Assembly: GCA_014238205.1 (NCBI GenBank)
Contig: JABABM010000005.1
Location: 19,189 to 83,188, forward strand
Reading direction: 5' to 3'
Origin: Phycisphaerales bacterium
Lineage (GTDB): Bacteria; Planctomycetota; Phycisphaerae; Phycisphaerales; SM1A02
DNA: 64,000 nucleotides
Below, in pieces: positions 1 through 9,161 of the stretch (its first letter is position 1; each line of letters opens with the position of its first letter). The notes below the pieces were generated by a model, which made no database searches, had not been told where the DNA came from, and worked only from the letters and a program-made list of their open reading frames with translations. The position numbers and the translations under genes were made by a program.

Positions 1-804
1 CCGAAGCAGCTTTGACTGCATCGTAAGAGGCATGTCACCAATCTCATCCAGGAAGAGTGTGCCGTCATTGGCATATTCGAAGACTCCCTCCCGATCCTTT
101 TCCGCCCCGGTGAATGCACCCTTGGCATGACCGAACAACTGATCTTCAAGAAGGTTCTCACTCTGGCCGGCGCAGTTGAACGTGACGTATCTTTTCGCAG
201 CTCGATTCGACTGGTTGTGTACAGCCCTGGCAATGAGCTCCTTGCCCGTTCCCGACTCTCCTGTAATGAGGACGGGGATGTTGCTTGGACCCACCTGTCG
301 AATCGTCTGGATGACCTTCCTGATGCCGGGTGAGTCACCGATGATGCCTTCGAAGCCGAAGGCTGAATCCACCTGGCCCTGGAGCTGCGTGTTGTGTTGA
401 CGAAGCCGAACCGTTTCACAGGCCCTGTTCACCAGGTTCCTGAAGACCTCCAGATCCAGCGGCTTTTCAATGAAGTCGTAGGCTCCCCCCTGGAGGGCCG
501 CTTTCGCCGTTGGAACATCTCCGTGAGCCGTCACCATGATGGTTTCTGCGTCAGGCTGGTGCTCCCGAGCCATTTCAAGAACACGTATTCCTGAATCCTC
601 CTCCTCCATCGAGAGGTCAGTGACAATGACATCGAAACCACCGAATCTGAGCTCTTCCTCGGCAGCTGTGGCTCCATCAACGATGGTGCAGACATGCCCC
701 AGCCTGCGAAGAGCTTCCGACATCACCTCGGCATGGTCGACCTCGTCGTCGACGATCAGGATCTGGGCATGGAGTTCCGGTTGAACGGCATCAGTCTCGG
801 GCAT
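1..804 (-). CDS. sigma-54-dependent response regulator (NtrC family); N-terminal 268 aa, 3' end runs off the window
   Basis: Not in the ORF track because it has no in-window stop. The reverse translation is open from the ATG at 804-802 to base 1. It starts MPETDAVQPELHAQILIVDDE (receiver domain), followed by the AAA+ sigma54-interaction motifs LITGESGTGKELIARAVHNQ and GAFTGAEKDREGVFEYANDGTLFLDEIGDM..QSKLLR. Confidence 0.85.
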   Translation of the reverse strand, partial: MPETDAVQPELHAQILIVDDEVDHAEVMSEALRRLGHVCTIVDGATAAEEELRFGGFDVIVTDLSMEEEDSGIRVLEMAREHQPDAETIMVTAHGDVPTAKAALQGGAYDFIEKPLDLEVFRNLVNRACETVRLRQHNTQLQGQVDSAFGFEGIIGDSPGIRKVIQTIRQVGPSNIPVLITGESGTGKELIARAVHNQSNRAAKRYVTFNCAGQSENLLEDQLFGHAKGAFTGAEKDREGVFEYANDGTLFLDEIGDMPLTMQSKLLR

Positions 805-879
805 GGAGGCAGTGTACCCGCTCACCTCCCTGCTCGAAATGTCGAGGGGAGCCTGCGCAGACGGCGATAACATGACTTC

Positions 880-2361
880 ATGGCCGATCCCGCCACCACT
901 GAATCAGAATCTGAAACACCCTCATCATCTGGGGACCTTGCAGGCATCGAGCACGTCGACTTCATCGGGATCGGTGGGTGTGGAATGTCCGGACTCGCCA
1001 GGATGCTCCACGCGATGGGCATTACCTGTTCCGGATCCGACAGCAACCCCTCGTCTACGACCTCCTCCCTGGTCAAGGAAGGTCTCGGCATCCGGACCGT
1101 GCAGGATGGCAGTGGCCTTCCCTCGAAAGTGGATCTGGTCGTGGCATCTGCAGCCATTCCACCTGACCACCCGGAAATTGCGGCAGCCGAGGAACGAGGC
1201 CTGAGAGTGCGAAGTTACGCCGAAGTCCTGGGCATGGTCCAGGCCCACCGAACGTCCATCTGCATTGCCGGCACCCACGGCAAGAGTACGACCGGCGCGA
1301 TGCTTTGCCATGTCCTGATGGAATGCGGCCTTGATCCTGGATTCATCATCGGCGCCAACTGCGAGCAGATCGGTCCCAGTCGTCCAGGCGCTGCCCTGAT
1401 CCCCGGCGGAGGCCCACTGGCCGGAGAACCCGGGCTGGTCGTCTGTGAAGCGTGTGAGTTCAACCGCTCCTTTCATCACCACCGGCCAACCATCGCACTC
1501 ATCAACAACCTCGAGGAAGACCACCTCGATATCTATGGGTCCATCGAAGCCATCGTCGAGGCATTCCGGGAGTTTGCGCAACTCCTTCCACCGGCCGAGG
1601 AGGGAGGCAGCCTCCTGATTGCACATGATGGCGCGTATCGACACCAGATCACCCCCCCACTGCATTGTCGTGTTGCAACCTTCGGCTACCACCCAGAGGC
1701 TGATTACCAGGTTGTCTGGGATCCAGGAGTACAGCGCGTCGGTGTCCTTCGAGATGGACTGTGGGTCGTTCAATGGACGAACATGATGCCCGGAGCCCAC
1801 AACGCCTTGAATGCCGCCGCCGCTGTGATACTTGCACATCAACTTGGTGCAGAGTGGGAGGATGCGGCCCAGGCGATGAACACGTTCCAGGGTCTTGAAC
1901 GCCGCATGCAACGACTGGGCGACATCGACCTTCCTGGAGGCGGCCAGGCGACACTGTACGACGACTATGGTCATCACCCGACCGAGATCGAGCATACCCT
2001 TCACGCCCTCCGTTCATCGGAGGATCCGGGGAGACTCATCTGTGTCTTCCAGCCGCACCAGCACAGTCGAACCCGCTTCATGCTGGAATCCTTCGCCGAG
2101 AGTTTCAGCAGTGCCGACGAAGTCATCGTTCCCCACATCTACTTCGTACGGGATTCCCAATCGGAGAAACAACGGGTCAGTGCCATTGACCTCGTTGACC
2201 GCCTGCAGGAACGCGGTGTTGTCGCAAGACATATCGACGCTTTCGAAGACATCCTCTCACACCTGGAAGTGAACCTCCAGGATGATGATCTGCTGGTAAT
2301 CATGGGCGCAGGCCCGGTCTGGACGATCGGGCGCGACCTGCTTGATCGAATGACTCCATGA
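880..2361 (+). CDS. murC: UDP-N-acetylmuramate--L-alanine ligase
   Basis: 493 aa. N-terminal FIGIGGCGMSGLARMLHAMG Rossmann-like motif, GTHGKSTT P-loop and Mur ligase C-terminal domain. Its stop overlaps the murB start (ATGA). Confidence 0.9.
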   Translation: MADPATTESESETPSSSGDLAGIEHVDFIGIGGCGMSGLARMLHAMGITCSGSDSNPSSTTSSLVKEGLGIRTVQDGSGLPSKVDLVVASAAIPPDHPEIAAAEERGLRVRSYAEVLGMVQAHRTSICIAGTHGKSTTGAMLCHVLMECGLDPGFIIGANCEQIGPSRPGAALIPGGGPLAGEPGLVVCEACEFNRSFHHHRPTIALINNLEEDHLDIYGSIEAIVEAFREFAQLLPPAEEGGSLLIAHDGAYRHQITPPLHCRVATFGYHPEADYQVVWDPGVQRVGVLRDGLWVVQWTNMMPGAHNALNAAAAVILAHQLGAEWEDAAQAMNTFQGLERRMQRLGDIDLPGGGQATLYDDYGHHPTEIEHTLHALRSSEDPGRLICVFQPHQHSRTRFMLESFAESFSSADEVIVPHIYFVRDSQSEKQRVSAIDLVDRLQERGVVARHIDAFEDILSHLEVNLQDDDLLVIMGAGPVWTIGRDLLDRMTP

Positions 2362-3296
2362 GCAAGCGAGGTCACTTCTTCGGCGACCTTGATGTAGACG
2401 TTCAGTTCGATGTCCATGTTGGAGCGATGACCTGGTTCGGCATCGGCGGAACGGCGGATATGCTCGTTCACCCACGGTCCGAGGAAGCGCTGGGTGCCCT
2501 CGTGGAACGATGCTCGCAGTCTGATACCCCCTTGAGAATCTTCGGCAAGGGAGCGAACCTTCTCGTCGATGATTCCGGCGTTGACGGCGTCGTCCTGAAA
2601 CTCGACCATGAATCGTTTACCCGTCTTCGATTCAATGCCGAGGGCGAAGTCGACCGTGTTCTTGCCATGTCGGGTGCAGATCTGTTCTCGACGGTGAATG
2701 AACTGGCTCGACAGGGTCTTGACGGTTTCTCCCAGATGGCGGGTATCCCGGGAACCATTGGTGGCGCAATCAGGATGAATGCCGGTGGGATGAATGGTTC
2801 CATCGGGGATTGCATCGAGTCGGTGACGTGCCTCGATGAAACTGGGCAGCGACTTGTCTATGACGGAAGCCAACTTGATTTTCGGTACAGGGACAGCAAT
2901 CTTCCAGAAGGGTTGATTGTTTCAGCCATCCTCCGTCTTGAACCCGTAGATCCAGTCAAACTCAGAGAGAAGGTCATGGAGATCTTCGCCTACAAGAAAT
3001 CTACCCAGCCACTTTCGGATCAGTCGGCTGGATGTGCCTTTCGAAACCCCGTCATCGGTGGTGAGAGGATTTCTGCGGGGCGATTGATTGATGAAGCAGG
3101 ATGCAAGGGAATGCAGGTCGGTGGTGCTGAAGTCAGTGGACAACATGCGAATTTCATCACTACCGGAACGGATGCCACGGCCACGCATGTACGTGCACTG
3201 ATGGAAGCCGTCCAATCCAGGGTCCGGGAGCACCATGGGATCGATATCGAGCCTGAAGTCGTCATCTGGTCCAGGGATGACCGGAGCATCACATGA
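2358..3296 (+). CDS. murB: UDP-N-acetylenolpyruvoylglucosamine reductase
   Basis: 312 aa. FGIGGTADMLVHP FAD-binding region, GTIGGAIRMNAGG and SAGCAFRNP motifs typical of MurB. It has 4-nt overlaps with murC and ddl. Confidence 0.9.
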   Translation: MSKRGHFFGDLDVDVQFDVHVGAMTWFGIGGTADMLVHPRSEEALGALVERCSQSDTPLRIFGKGANLLVDDSGVDGVVLKLDHESFTRLRFNAEGEVDRVLAMSGADLFSTVNELARQGLDGFSQMAGIPGTIGGAIRMNAGGMNGSIGDCIESVTCLDETGQRLVYDGSQLDFRYRDSNLPEGLIVSAILRLEPVDPVKLREKVMEIFAYKKSTQPLSDQSAGCAFRNPVIGGERISAGRLIDEAGCKGMQVGGAEVSGQHANFITTGTDATATHVRALMEAVQSRVREHHGIDIEPEVVIWSRDDRSIT

Positions 3297-4183
3297 ATCC
3301 TCGCGTTGCAGTTCTCATGGGTGGGCCGGATGAGGAGCGGGAAGTCAGCATCGCCTCTGGCACCGCCGTCGCCGAGGCACTCAGGGAGTCTGGAAAATTC
3401 GAAGTCATCGCAGAAGTCATCGAGCGGGTTGAAGCACGCTACTTGGAATCGCTGGAAGTTGACGTCATCTTCCCCGTCCTTCATGGACCATGGGGCGAAG
3501 GAGGAGGATTGCAACGGGAGCTTGATGTAGCCGGTGCAAGGTACGTCGGGTCCTCGACTGCGGCTGCGGCCGCGGCCATCGACAAGGATGCAACCAAGGC
3601 GTTGGCCGTTCAACTTGGCGTACCAACACCCCACTGGGAACTTCTCCGCCCCGGCGATGAACCTACTTTCGAAGGACGAACCGTGGTCAAACCTCCACGG
3701 GAAGGCTCAAGCATCGACCTCTTTCTCTGTGGCGACCTTGATGCATGTCGAGCACGGTGCCATGAACTGCTCCAGAGGCATGCAACGATCATGGTCGAAC
3801 AGTTCATCGATGGACGTGAGTTGACGGTCGGGGTCGTGAACGGCACGTGCCAGCCGATCATCGAGATCATCCCAGCTGTGGAGTTCTATGACTATGACGC
3901 AAAGTACAACCGTGATGACACCCGGTATGTACTGAACCCCGACATCCCCGACTCAATTGCAACCGCATGCAATGAGCATGCCATTCGCATCGGCACAGCA
4001 CTCGGGTGCCGCGACCTCTGGCGTGCCGACTTCATCCTTGATGACCGTGGCCCATGGTTCCTTGAACTGAACACGATGCCGGGTTTCACCTCGCACTCGC
4101 TGCTGCCAAAGGCGGCAGAGGCTGGAGGCTGCTGCATGGCTGAACTCTGCAGCAAACTCGTCCTGGAGGCACTGGGCCGCTGA
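3293..4183 (+). CDS. ddl: D-alanine--D-alanine ligase
   Basis: 296 aa. VAVLMGGPDEEREVSIASG N-terminus, ATP-grasp core and C-terminal LELNTMPGFTSHSLLPKAAEAGG. Confidence 0.9.
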   Translation: MNPRVAVLMGGPDEEREVSIASGTAVAEALRESGKFEVIAEVIERVEARYLESLEVDVIFPVLHGPWGEGGGLQRELDVAGARYVGSSTAAAAAAIDKDATKALAVQLGVPTPHWELLRPGDEPTFEGRTVVKPPREGSSIDLFLCGDLDACRARCHELLQRHATIMVEQFIDGRELTVGVVNGTCQPIIEIIPAVEFYDYDAKYNRDDTRYVLNPDIPDSIATACNEHAIRIGTALGCRDLWRADFILDDRGPWFLELNTMPGFTSHSLLPKAAEAGGCCMAELCSKLVLEALGR

Positions 4184-4302
4184 AGAAGCAGTTCCCCGCT
4201 CCAGAACCCTCCAGGAACGACCTCTAACCCCGAGAAAGACACTTTTTTCAGACGACCAGCGGTCTGCGGCCGATTTCAGGAGAGCCCGAGAGCATTCAAA
4301 CC

Positions 4303-5163
4303 ATGATTCGATACATGTTCAGTACCGTATGCGGCCTCTTTGCCCGACTTTGGGAAGTCGGAGTCTCCCTCTGCCGCCCACCAGCTGCACGCTGGTCACT
4401 GCCCACGGTCTCCATTCTCGTGGCCCTGGTCATCCTTTCCTGGTCGGTCAAGCAGCTTCGAATACATGTTCATCAACCTGTCGAAGAAGTAACGATTCGA
4501 TTCATCGAGGCCCCCCACTGGGTCGGCGAATCACTGAAGAATCACCTGGGTTCGACGGCGGCCCCATGGCTGCTGGGGACCTCCCTGCAACGAACAGATC
4601 TCAACAACGCCCGGGAGGCACTGATGGCTTCCGGATGCTTTCGTGACGTACTCCAGGTACAGCGAAGTGGAACGACGATCATCGATGTGACCGCCATTTT
4701 TCTTGAACCGGATGCACGCATCATCGACCGCTACGGCTCCTTGCTGATCGATGACCAGGGACTTCCACTGCCGGCCGGCTACCGGGTTCACAAGGACACC
4801 CACCTCGTCACACTTCGATCACCTGCATATGATCGACCACTTGCGACTGATGAACCATGGAGTGGGACAGATGTCGCTGCAGCACTGTCTCTTCTTGCAT
4901 TGATCGATCAGCAACCCTGGTACGACCAGATCATCGAGGTCGATCTCTCCAGTTTCGATCGTGATACATCCCTTGTGCTCATTACCGACATACAGACACG
5001 TATCATCTGGGGTTCGCCGCCGGGCGAGGAAGCCGGTCTTGAATGCCTTGCTCCACAGAAAATTGAACGACTGAATTGGTTCCATGAGCAGGTCGGAAGA
5101 ATCGACCAGCACCATCGGGGAACCATTGATTTCACCGATTCAAGCATGGTTACGAAGAACTGA
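4303..5163 (+). CDS. FtsQ/DivIB-like cell-division protein (single TM plus POTRA-like region)
   Basis: 286 aa with one N-terminal TM helix (VSILVALVILSW) and a periplasmic domain. It sits directly after murC-murB-ddl, as ftsQ does in dcw clusters. Sequence similarity itself is weak. Confidence 0.5.
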   Translation: MIRYMFSTVCGLFARLWEVGVSLCRPPAARWSLPTVSILVALVILSWSVKQLRIHVHQPVEEVTIRFIEAPHWVGESLKNHLGSTAAPWLLGTSLQRTDLNNAREALMASGCFRDVLQVQRSGTTIIDVTAIFLEPDARIIDRYGSLLIDDQGLPLPAGYRVHKDTHLVTLRSPAYDRPLATDEPWSGTDVAAALSLLALIDQQPWYDQIIEVDLSSFDRDTSLVLITDIQTRIIWGSPPGEEAGLECLAPQKIERLNWFHEQVGRIDQHHRGTIDFTDSSMVTKN

Positions 5164-5221
5164 GTACTCCCTCGGCCAACGTGCTTGCCTTTCATCCCGC
5201 ACATAGTCACGATATCCACTC

Positions 5222-6661
5222 ATGACGGTGTTCATCACAATTGGATTCATCCTGCTCGAACTCGGTCTCGTGTTCGCATTGGTAACTCACATCCTCCTCA
5301 GGAAAACCGGTTCAAACGAAGCTCGTTTGACGTGGCTCCTCCTGGTACTTCTTCTGCCCTATGCAGGTGCCGTTGCATACCTGCTCCTGAGTGCTCCAAG
5401 GAGCTACAGGCATACGAAGCGACACAGCAACCTGCGAGGTTCAATGTCTGGTTGCCTCCGCACCAGGGCGATTGACCTCCCGAACCTGGAACCGGACCTT
5501 CCAAGGCAATTCCAGCCTGTCTTTACTCTGGCGGAAACAATTTCGGATACCGATGTGATGGCAGGTCACAGCCTGGAACTGGTCGGTTCGACAGAGGCCT
5601 TCTTTGATCAACTCATAGAAGATATCCACGCCGCAACATCGACGGTCCACCTGCTCACCTACATATATCTTGATGATGAAAGCGGTCAACGAGTCGGCTC
5701 GGCCATGATCGAAGCCGTCGGCCGTGGTGTTGCCTGTCGGCTTGTGGTTGATGGACTTGGATCGAGCGAGTTCCTGCATTCGAAGCTCCATGCGGAACTC
5801 GTACAAGCGAATGTACAAGTGGTCGAATCTCTTCCTACAAGACTCTGGAAGGCCTTGTGGTCGAGGATGGATGTACGAAATCACAGGAAGATAGTCGTCA
5901 TCGACAACCGGATCGGATGGATCGGCAGTCAGAACATTGCATCGAAATCCTTCTGTCTCAAGCCACGCTTTGCGCCGTGGATCGACTGCATGGTGCGAAT
6001 ACTCGGACCAGCCGTTCATGACCTCCAGGAGCTGTTCATCGAAGATTGGTGCCTCGATACAGGTGAACAACTTTCCGAATTACTCAACGACCCTCCCACT
6101 GTCCTTCCGGACGGAGCAACGATCCAGATCATCGGCAGCGGACCGAACTTCAGAAATGAAGTTCTTCCGATGATCTTCCAGGCATCCATTGGTGTTGCCA
6201 CTGATGAACTCATCATTACAACGCCCTATTTCGTTCCGGATGCCGCTACTTCAACAGCTATTCGTGCCGCTGCACTTCGTGGAGTCAGGACAAAGATCGT
6301 CGTACCGGCCCGAAATGATTCACGCCTTGTTTCTCTTGCAAGCAGAGGACAATATGAGCGACTGCTCCACGCAGGGGTTGAGATCCACGAGTTCACGGGT
6401 GGACTCCTTCATGCCAAGACCATGACAGTGGACCGAGAACTCTTCCTTGTCGGATCTGCAAACCTCGACCGGAGAAGCCTTGAACTCAACTTCGAGGTCA
6501 GCATGATCGGATGGGACAGCGAGTTTGCCAGCAGGCTCAGGTTTCTCCAGGTTGAGTACATTGAGCAGTCAAGGGTGATAAACCCGGCAGAATGGATGAA
6601 GCAATCCGCCCCCAGGAGGCTCCTGAACAATGCTGCAGGGCTCCTGAGCCCCCTCCTGTAG
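5222..6661 (+). CDS. cls: cardiolipin synthase (phospholipase D family)
   Basis: 479 aa with two N-terminal TM helices and two HKD motifs: HRKIVVIDNRIGWIGSQN and HAKTMTVDRELFLVGSANLDRRS. Confidence 0.85.
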   Translation: MTVFITIGFILLELGLVFALVTHILLRKTGSNEARLTWLLLVLLLPYAGAVAYLLLSAPRSYRHTKRHSNLRGSMSGCLRTRAIDLPNLEPDLPRQFQPVFTLAETISDTDVMAGHSLELVGSTEAFFDQLIEDIHAATSTVHLLTYIYLDDESGQRVGSAMIEAVGRGVACRLVVDGLGSSEFLHSKLHAELVQANVQVVESLPTRLWKALWSRMDVRNHRKIVVIDNRIGWIGSQNIASKSFCLKPRFAPWIDCMVRILGPAVHDLQELFIEDWCLDTGEQLSELLNDPPTVLPDGATIQIIGSGPNFRNEVLPMIFQASIGVATDELIITTPYFVPDAATSTAIRAAALRGVRTKIVVPARNDSRLVSLASRGQYERLLHAGVEIHEFTGGLLHAKTMTVDRELFLVGSANLDRRSLELNFEVSMIGWDSEFASRLRFLQVEYIEQSRVINPAEWMKQSAPRRLLNNAAGLLSPLL

Positions 6662-6796
6662 ACCTGATTCAAGGGGGATTTAAATGGCGAGAGTGCTATT
6701 TTCATCGCCCTACTGTCTTGCAACATGTTGAAACAGCACATCTTGGGGGTACAGTGTGGGTACCGGGTTGATTCTTCGACCTCCATAGAGGCCCAC

Positions 6797-7540
6797 ATGC
6801 GATCCTTCCAATTTCCCAAATCTGCACAGCAAACACCCCTGATTCTTGCCTTGTTCGCCCTCCTGGCACTTGCAGGACCGGCTCATGCATCCGGAATCCG
6901 CATCACAGGGCCATCGATCTACCTGGAACTGCAGGGTGGACAGGCTCCAGGAATCCTCGGTGATGGCCTTGAGATCTTCTCAGGGAATGATCTCCAGTTC
7001 ATGCAGAACGAACTTGCTGCAGATGGCATCGAAACAGCCGGGCACATCACGATGTTCCTTGCTGAAACTGCCGATGGATGGTCCTTTGTCAGCCTCTTTG
7101 ATGGCAATGGAAGAGGCTGCCTCGGCAGCAATGATTCCTTCCTCGGCTTCAACTCGGTGACAGGCATCGATGCAAATCGTCATTGGAACACCGACCAGGG
7201 AGGCAGTGTCGAATGGTGGGACCTTGGAAACCAGACGCAACTGGCTGACGGAACCTTCCAATGGGAATCTGGAGAGACGTCCGAGGGCTTCGCCTGGGGA
7301 AATCTCTCGGAAGGCATGGCAGGTACGGCGACCTACGTCAACATGGGACTTGACCAGCTTTCGCCTTCCTCCATGTTCCAGTTCCTTACATGGGATGGGA
7401 CGAAATGGGATCTCGCCCTCGGGGCGGATTTCGCCGATGACAGTGACAGCTTCGCACTTGCATTCAAGGTCATCCCGGCACCGGGAGCTGTTGCATTGTT
7501 CTGTGTTGCAGGATTCGGGTTCCGTCGCAGGCGGCGCTGA
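6797..7540 (+). CDS. secreted hypothetical protein with a PEP-CTERM-like C-terminal sorting tail
   Basis: Start trimmed to the ATG at 6797, which gives a signal peptide (MRSFQFPKSAQQTPLILALFALLALAGPAHA). The C-terminus VIPAPGAVALFCVAGFGFRRRRR has a P-x-P motif, a TM helix and an Arg cluster. Confidence 0.6.
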   Translation: MRSFQFPKSAQQTPLILALFALLALAGPAHASGIRITGPSIYLELQGGQAPGILGDGLEIFSGNDLQFMQNELAADGIETAGHITMFLAETADGWSFVSLFDGNGRGCLGSNDSFLGFNSVTGIDANRHWNTDQGGSVEWWDLGNQTQLADGTFQWESGETSEGFAWGNLSEGMAGTATYVNMGLDQLSPSSMFQFLTWDGTKWDLALGADFADDSDSFALAFKVIPAPGAVALFCVAGFGFRRRRR

Positions 7541-7545
7541 ACTCC

Positions 7546-9048
7546 TCAGGCACATTCGCCCCAACTGGAAATGATCAGCAGCAGATCGTTGACGTCGACA
7601 ACGCCGTCTTCGTTGATGTCCGTGCCATCAGTACCGCTGCTTCCCCATCCGGCGATCACCGACAGGAGGTCATTGACATCGACCGTACCATCGCCATTTA
7701 CATCCGGTGGACATGGGTTCCCGTCACATGCATCTGGATCGACGCAACTTGACCCCTGTCCCATCCATGTCCCGGCAAAGGCCTGGCAGATCGACTCCTC
7801 GACATCGATGCAGTTGGAGTTGTCAAGGCAGCAGGCCCCCATGGGCTGAGGACAGTCCGTCCCACCACAGGTTGTTCCATCACCCTGGAAATCACCATCT
7901 CCCGCACTGCAGATTTCAGGCGACACCCCATCGACGCAGTTCCCATCAGCGAGGCAACAGGCCCCCTCAGGGAAACAGATGTACGTATCGCATGACTCAT
8001 CCACATGATGAACTCCCCCGCCGATGAGGCAGAGGTCCTGTTCGAGATCAACGCATTCTCCGGTCGCCTCGATGCAGCATGCACCCACGGGCTGCGGACA
8101 GGACGACGTATCGCACGTCGTATCAGCACCCTGGTAGTCACCCCCGATCGTCGTACAGTCTTCCTCCGTCATGTCATCCGTGCAGGTTCCACCACTGCGA
8201 CAGCAGGCCCCGGTTGCAGGCACGCAATCCTGTGGCGTTGCCGTTGAACGGAGGACCCAATCCCCACTGGGTCGACAAATCGAGGGAAGAGACTGGAAGG
8301 TGCTCCATCCTTCTCCACAGACGCAGAATGTACCCGTCACCATGTCGATCCAGTTTCCCGATGGTGAATCAAGTCCACTGACATCCGTACAAGGAAACGC
8401 GTTGTAGCTTGGGTTCGGCGCCGAGATGCACGGAGACCCCGGCTGGTTGTGGGCATCAATCCTGAATCCGACCGAGTAGGTCTGCGATCCGTTGTCATCG
8501 ATGTAGATCTGGTCGGGATCATCTGGATCAACCGTAAAGAGCAGGATCATGCCCGTAGAGCCCGGTGGCATGACCAGGTGTGGCAGGAGCACATCATCGG
8601 AGGACCACACTGCAACGAGTGTTCCAGATGACGGCGTACCCGAGTAGATGAGCACCGACCATTCCGTCGTCGTCTGTACGAGGGCATTGCTCGTAGCGAA
8701 CATCATCTCGACCGAGTCCAGTTTCAGCGGGAACTGGTCTGCATTCATCTGGTAGGACGCTGCAGTTGACTCCCCCTGGGCAAATCCAGCCTGCAGGATG
8801 TATTCGCCGGGTCCCCAATCCGAGTCGGTATGCGTACTCGCAACAGGCGGACATCCCCCGCGAGATCGGGTGACATCACGGATCGATGCGGCTCCTGGAA
8901 GCCCTGCCTTCAGCAACGAAGGCCGGATGGTGATCTGCCTTACTTGAACCGATTCGAGTTCCTCCAGGACCGGCGCACGAAGACCCTCCTGCGCACCTGC
9001 AGGAAGCGACAGAATGAGAATGCTTGCAGCCAGGATCAACCTGAACAT
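7546..9048 (-). CDS. secreted protein: unknown N-terminal domain, four Cys-rich GACC repeats and a double dockerin-like C-terminal module
   Basis: 500 aa. Signal peptide MFRLILAASILILSLPAGAQ. Four tandem ~40-aa repeats each start GACC (residues ~280-441). The C-terminus is DVNGDGTVDVNDLLSVIAGWG...DINEDGVVDVNDLLLIISSWG. Confidence 0.7.
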   Translation of the reverse strand: MFRLILAASILILSLPAGAQEGLRAPVLEELESVQVRQITIRPSLLKAGLPGAASIRDVTRSRGGCPPVASTHTDSDWGPGEYILQAGFAQGESTAASYQMNADQFPLKLDSVEMMFATSNALVQTTTEWSVLIYSGTPSSGTLVAVWSSDDVLLPHLVMPPGSTGMILLFTVDPDDPDQIYIDDNGSQTYSVGFRIDAHNQPGSPCISAPNPSYNAFPCTDVSGLDSPSGNWIDMVTGTFCVCGEGWSTFQSLPSICRPSGDWVLRSTATPQDCVPATGACCRSGGTCTDDMTEEDCTTIGGDYQGADTTCDTSSCPQPVGACCIEATGECVDLEQDLCLIGGGVHHVDESCDTYICFPEGACCLADGNCVDGVSPEICSAGDGDFQGDGTTCGGTDCPQPMGACCLDNSNCIDVEESICQAFAGTWMGQGSSCVDPDACDGNPCPPDVNGDGTVDVNDLLSVIAGWGSSGTDGTDINEDGVVDVNDLLLIISSWGECA

Positions 9049-9120
9049 CGTGTACTCCTGCCCATGATCGTACGTTTCATTGTGATGGAGATCAGGTCCA
9101 TGTCAACGATCGATCAGGGC

Positions 9121-9145
9121 CCAGAGGCGATTCAAATGCCTCTGG
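9121..9145 (-). terminator. hairpin downstream of the MFS transporter gene (no U-tract)
   Basis: CCAGAGGC (9121-9128) pairs with GCCTCTGG (9138-9145) across a 9-nt loop. It lies 17 nt beyond the stop of the minus-strand MFS gene. Confidence 0.35.
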
Positions 9146-9161
9146 AGCCCTTCCAGGGGCT

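Noticed and set aside
925-2004. Long antisense or alternative-frame ORFs opposite well-supported genes. Examples are 925-2004(-) in murC, 15624-16673(+) in the deiminase, 28768-30003(+) in the S9 peptidase, 30320-31915(-) in cstA and 36795-38453(-), which spans pntB and the next gene.
   Set aside because: Their translations are Arg/Pro/Gly/Ser-rich and low in complexity, with no family motifs. Each lies opposite a gene with strong motifs, and one crosses an intergenic boundary. This is the usual stop-codon-poor antisense-frame artefact of ~60% GC DNA.
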